Below are positions 57,879-58,623 of a DNA stretch of 58,623 nucleotides, one piece after another. The stretch is from Nemertoderma westbladi. Lineage: Eukaryota; Animalia; Xenacoelomorpha. The translations under genes were made by a program, and so were the position numbers. Below the pieces are notes generated by a model. That model made no database searches and was not told the origin of the DNA. It saw nothing but the letters and a program-made list of their open reading frames with translations. Location of the stretch: NCBI GenBank assembly GCA_032718475.1, contig JAUCBJ010008236.1, forward strand, positions 1 through 58,623, read 5' to 3'. Every line of letters starts with the position of its first letter. The first letter of the stretch is position 1.

Positions 57879-58623
57879 TCTTAAACTATACTGTATTATT
57901 ATCTATATCTATAAGCATTATATTATAGAGTTATTGGGCAATATATATAATATTAATCATCATGTTAAATAATTATTTTATAGTTTTATGATTACTTTAA
58001 TGTCACCCACCTCCTTCACATGGAATCTGGGACCTAAATATCAAGCAATAGTGACTCCTAATGCGTGAGCGAAGAAACCAAAGCGCTTAGCGGTCTAGCG
58101 GATAAGCAAAGTGAAAAGTTTTAATAAAATTAGAACATCTCAGAGTACAAAAACAATTTTTTTACCAAATGTTATCGTCCATCCAGGGAGTGTGTGCACG
58201 AAATATCAAGCCAGTTTACCGAAAGCAGCAAAGGTTATTGCCAATCAAAGTTTCTAGGTCTCCGCGAAGCCAAAGATGATCAATTCTTGACCATATCAGA
58301 GCAAGGTGCATCTTACGTTGAAAACTGACTTTATTTTCAGACTCAGGATCGAAAAATACTTCTTGGCACTCAATTTTGTGACTATTAGGTACATACATAT
58401 AGTCCTATGACCAAAAAAGGCCATAACGTCTCACCCGCGAAAGCGTCATCTTAGTCGCGATAGCCGTAAATGTAGCCCGCATTGAAATGCTATAACTTTT
58501 GATTCCCTGGAGGGATTGACCTAAAATTTTCAACAACTCTTAGTTACATATTGGTATTCAATCCCTGAAATTTTCACGAAATTCTGAGAGGGTGGGTTAC
58601 ATGGCCTGGATGACTTGACAAGG

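Larger units (their letters stand above)
50929..58623 (+). mobile_element. Sola2-like DNA transposon with ~700-bp TIRs (right terminus a few bases beyond the window)
   Basis: Starts GGGGTAATTCC after AATT. TIR 50929-~51635 pairs with ~57955-58623. Encloses a DDD transposase. Confidence 0.82.

Overview
AT-rich eukaryotic (most likely invertebrate animal) genomic DNA made almost entirely of nested transposable elements and tandem repeats; no complete host gene is visible. From left to right: the right end of a piggyBac-like element and small MITEs; a 9.8-kb two-gene EnSpm/CACTA-like element carrying an RTE-type LINE; a 3-kb 27-bp minisatellite; an intact ~975-aa zinc-finger/tyrosine-recombinase/Myb-like ORF with no recognisable termini; a foldback MITE; a decayed RTE-type LINE (29500-48964) flanked by an apparent ~735-bp duplication and interrupted by a second LINE fragment and by a complete 15,947-bp Polinton/Maverick (32747-48693; ~1.07-kb TIRs, 6-bp TSD GATGCA); and a Sola2-like element with ~700-bp TIRs, itself split by a non-autonomous CCC-terminal element. 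Besides the core genes (pPolB, integrase, ATPase, protease, major capsid, two minor capsids, core proteins), the Polinton encodes a divergent TATA-binding-protein-like protein and a large protein with a PC4-like motif. It also has identical CCAAT/TATA promoters in both TIRs, a TATA-containing repeat array and a CTCF-like motif at the boundary between its replication and structural modules. This suggests an endogenous virus with its own basal-transcription toolkit, which is the most interesting signal here. All family calls come from motif recognition by eye; no database search was run.
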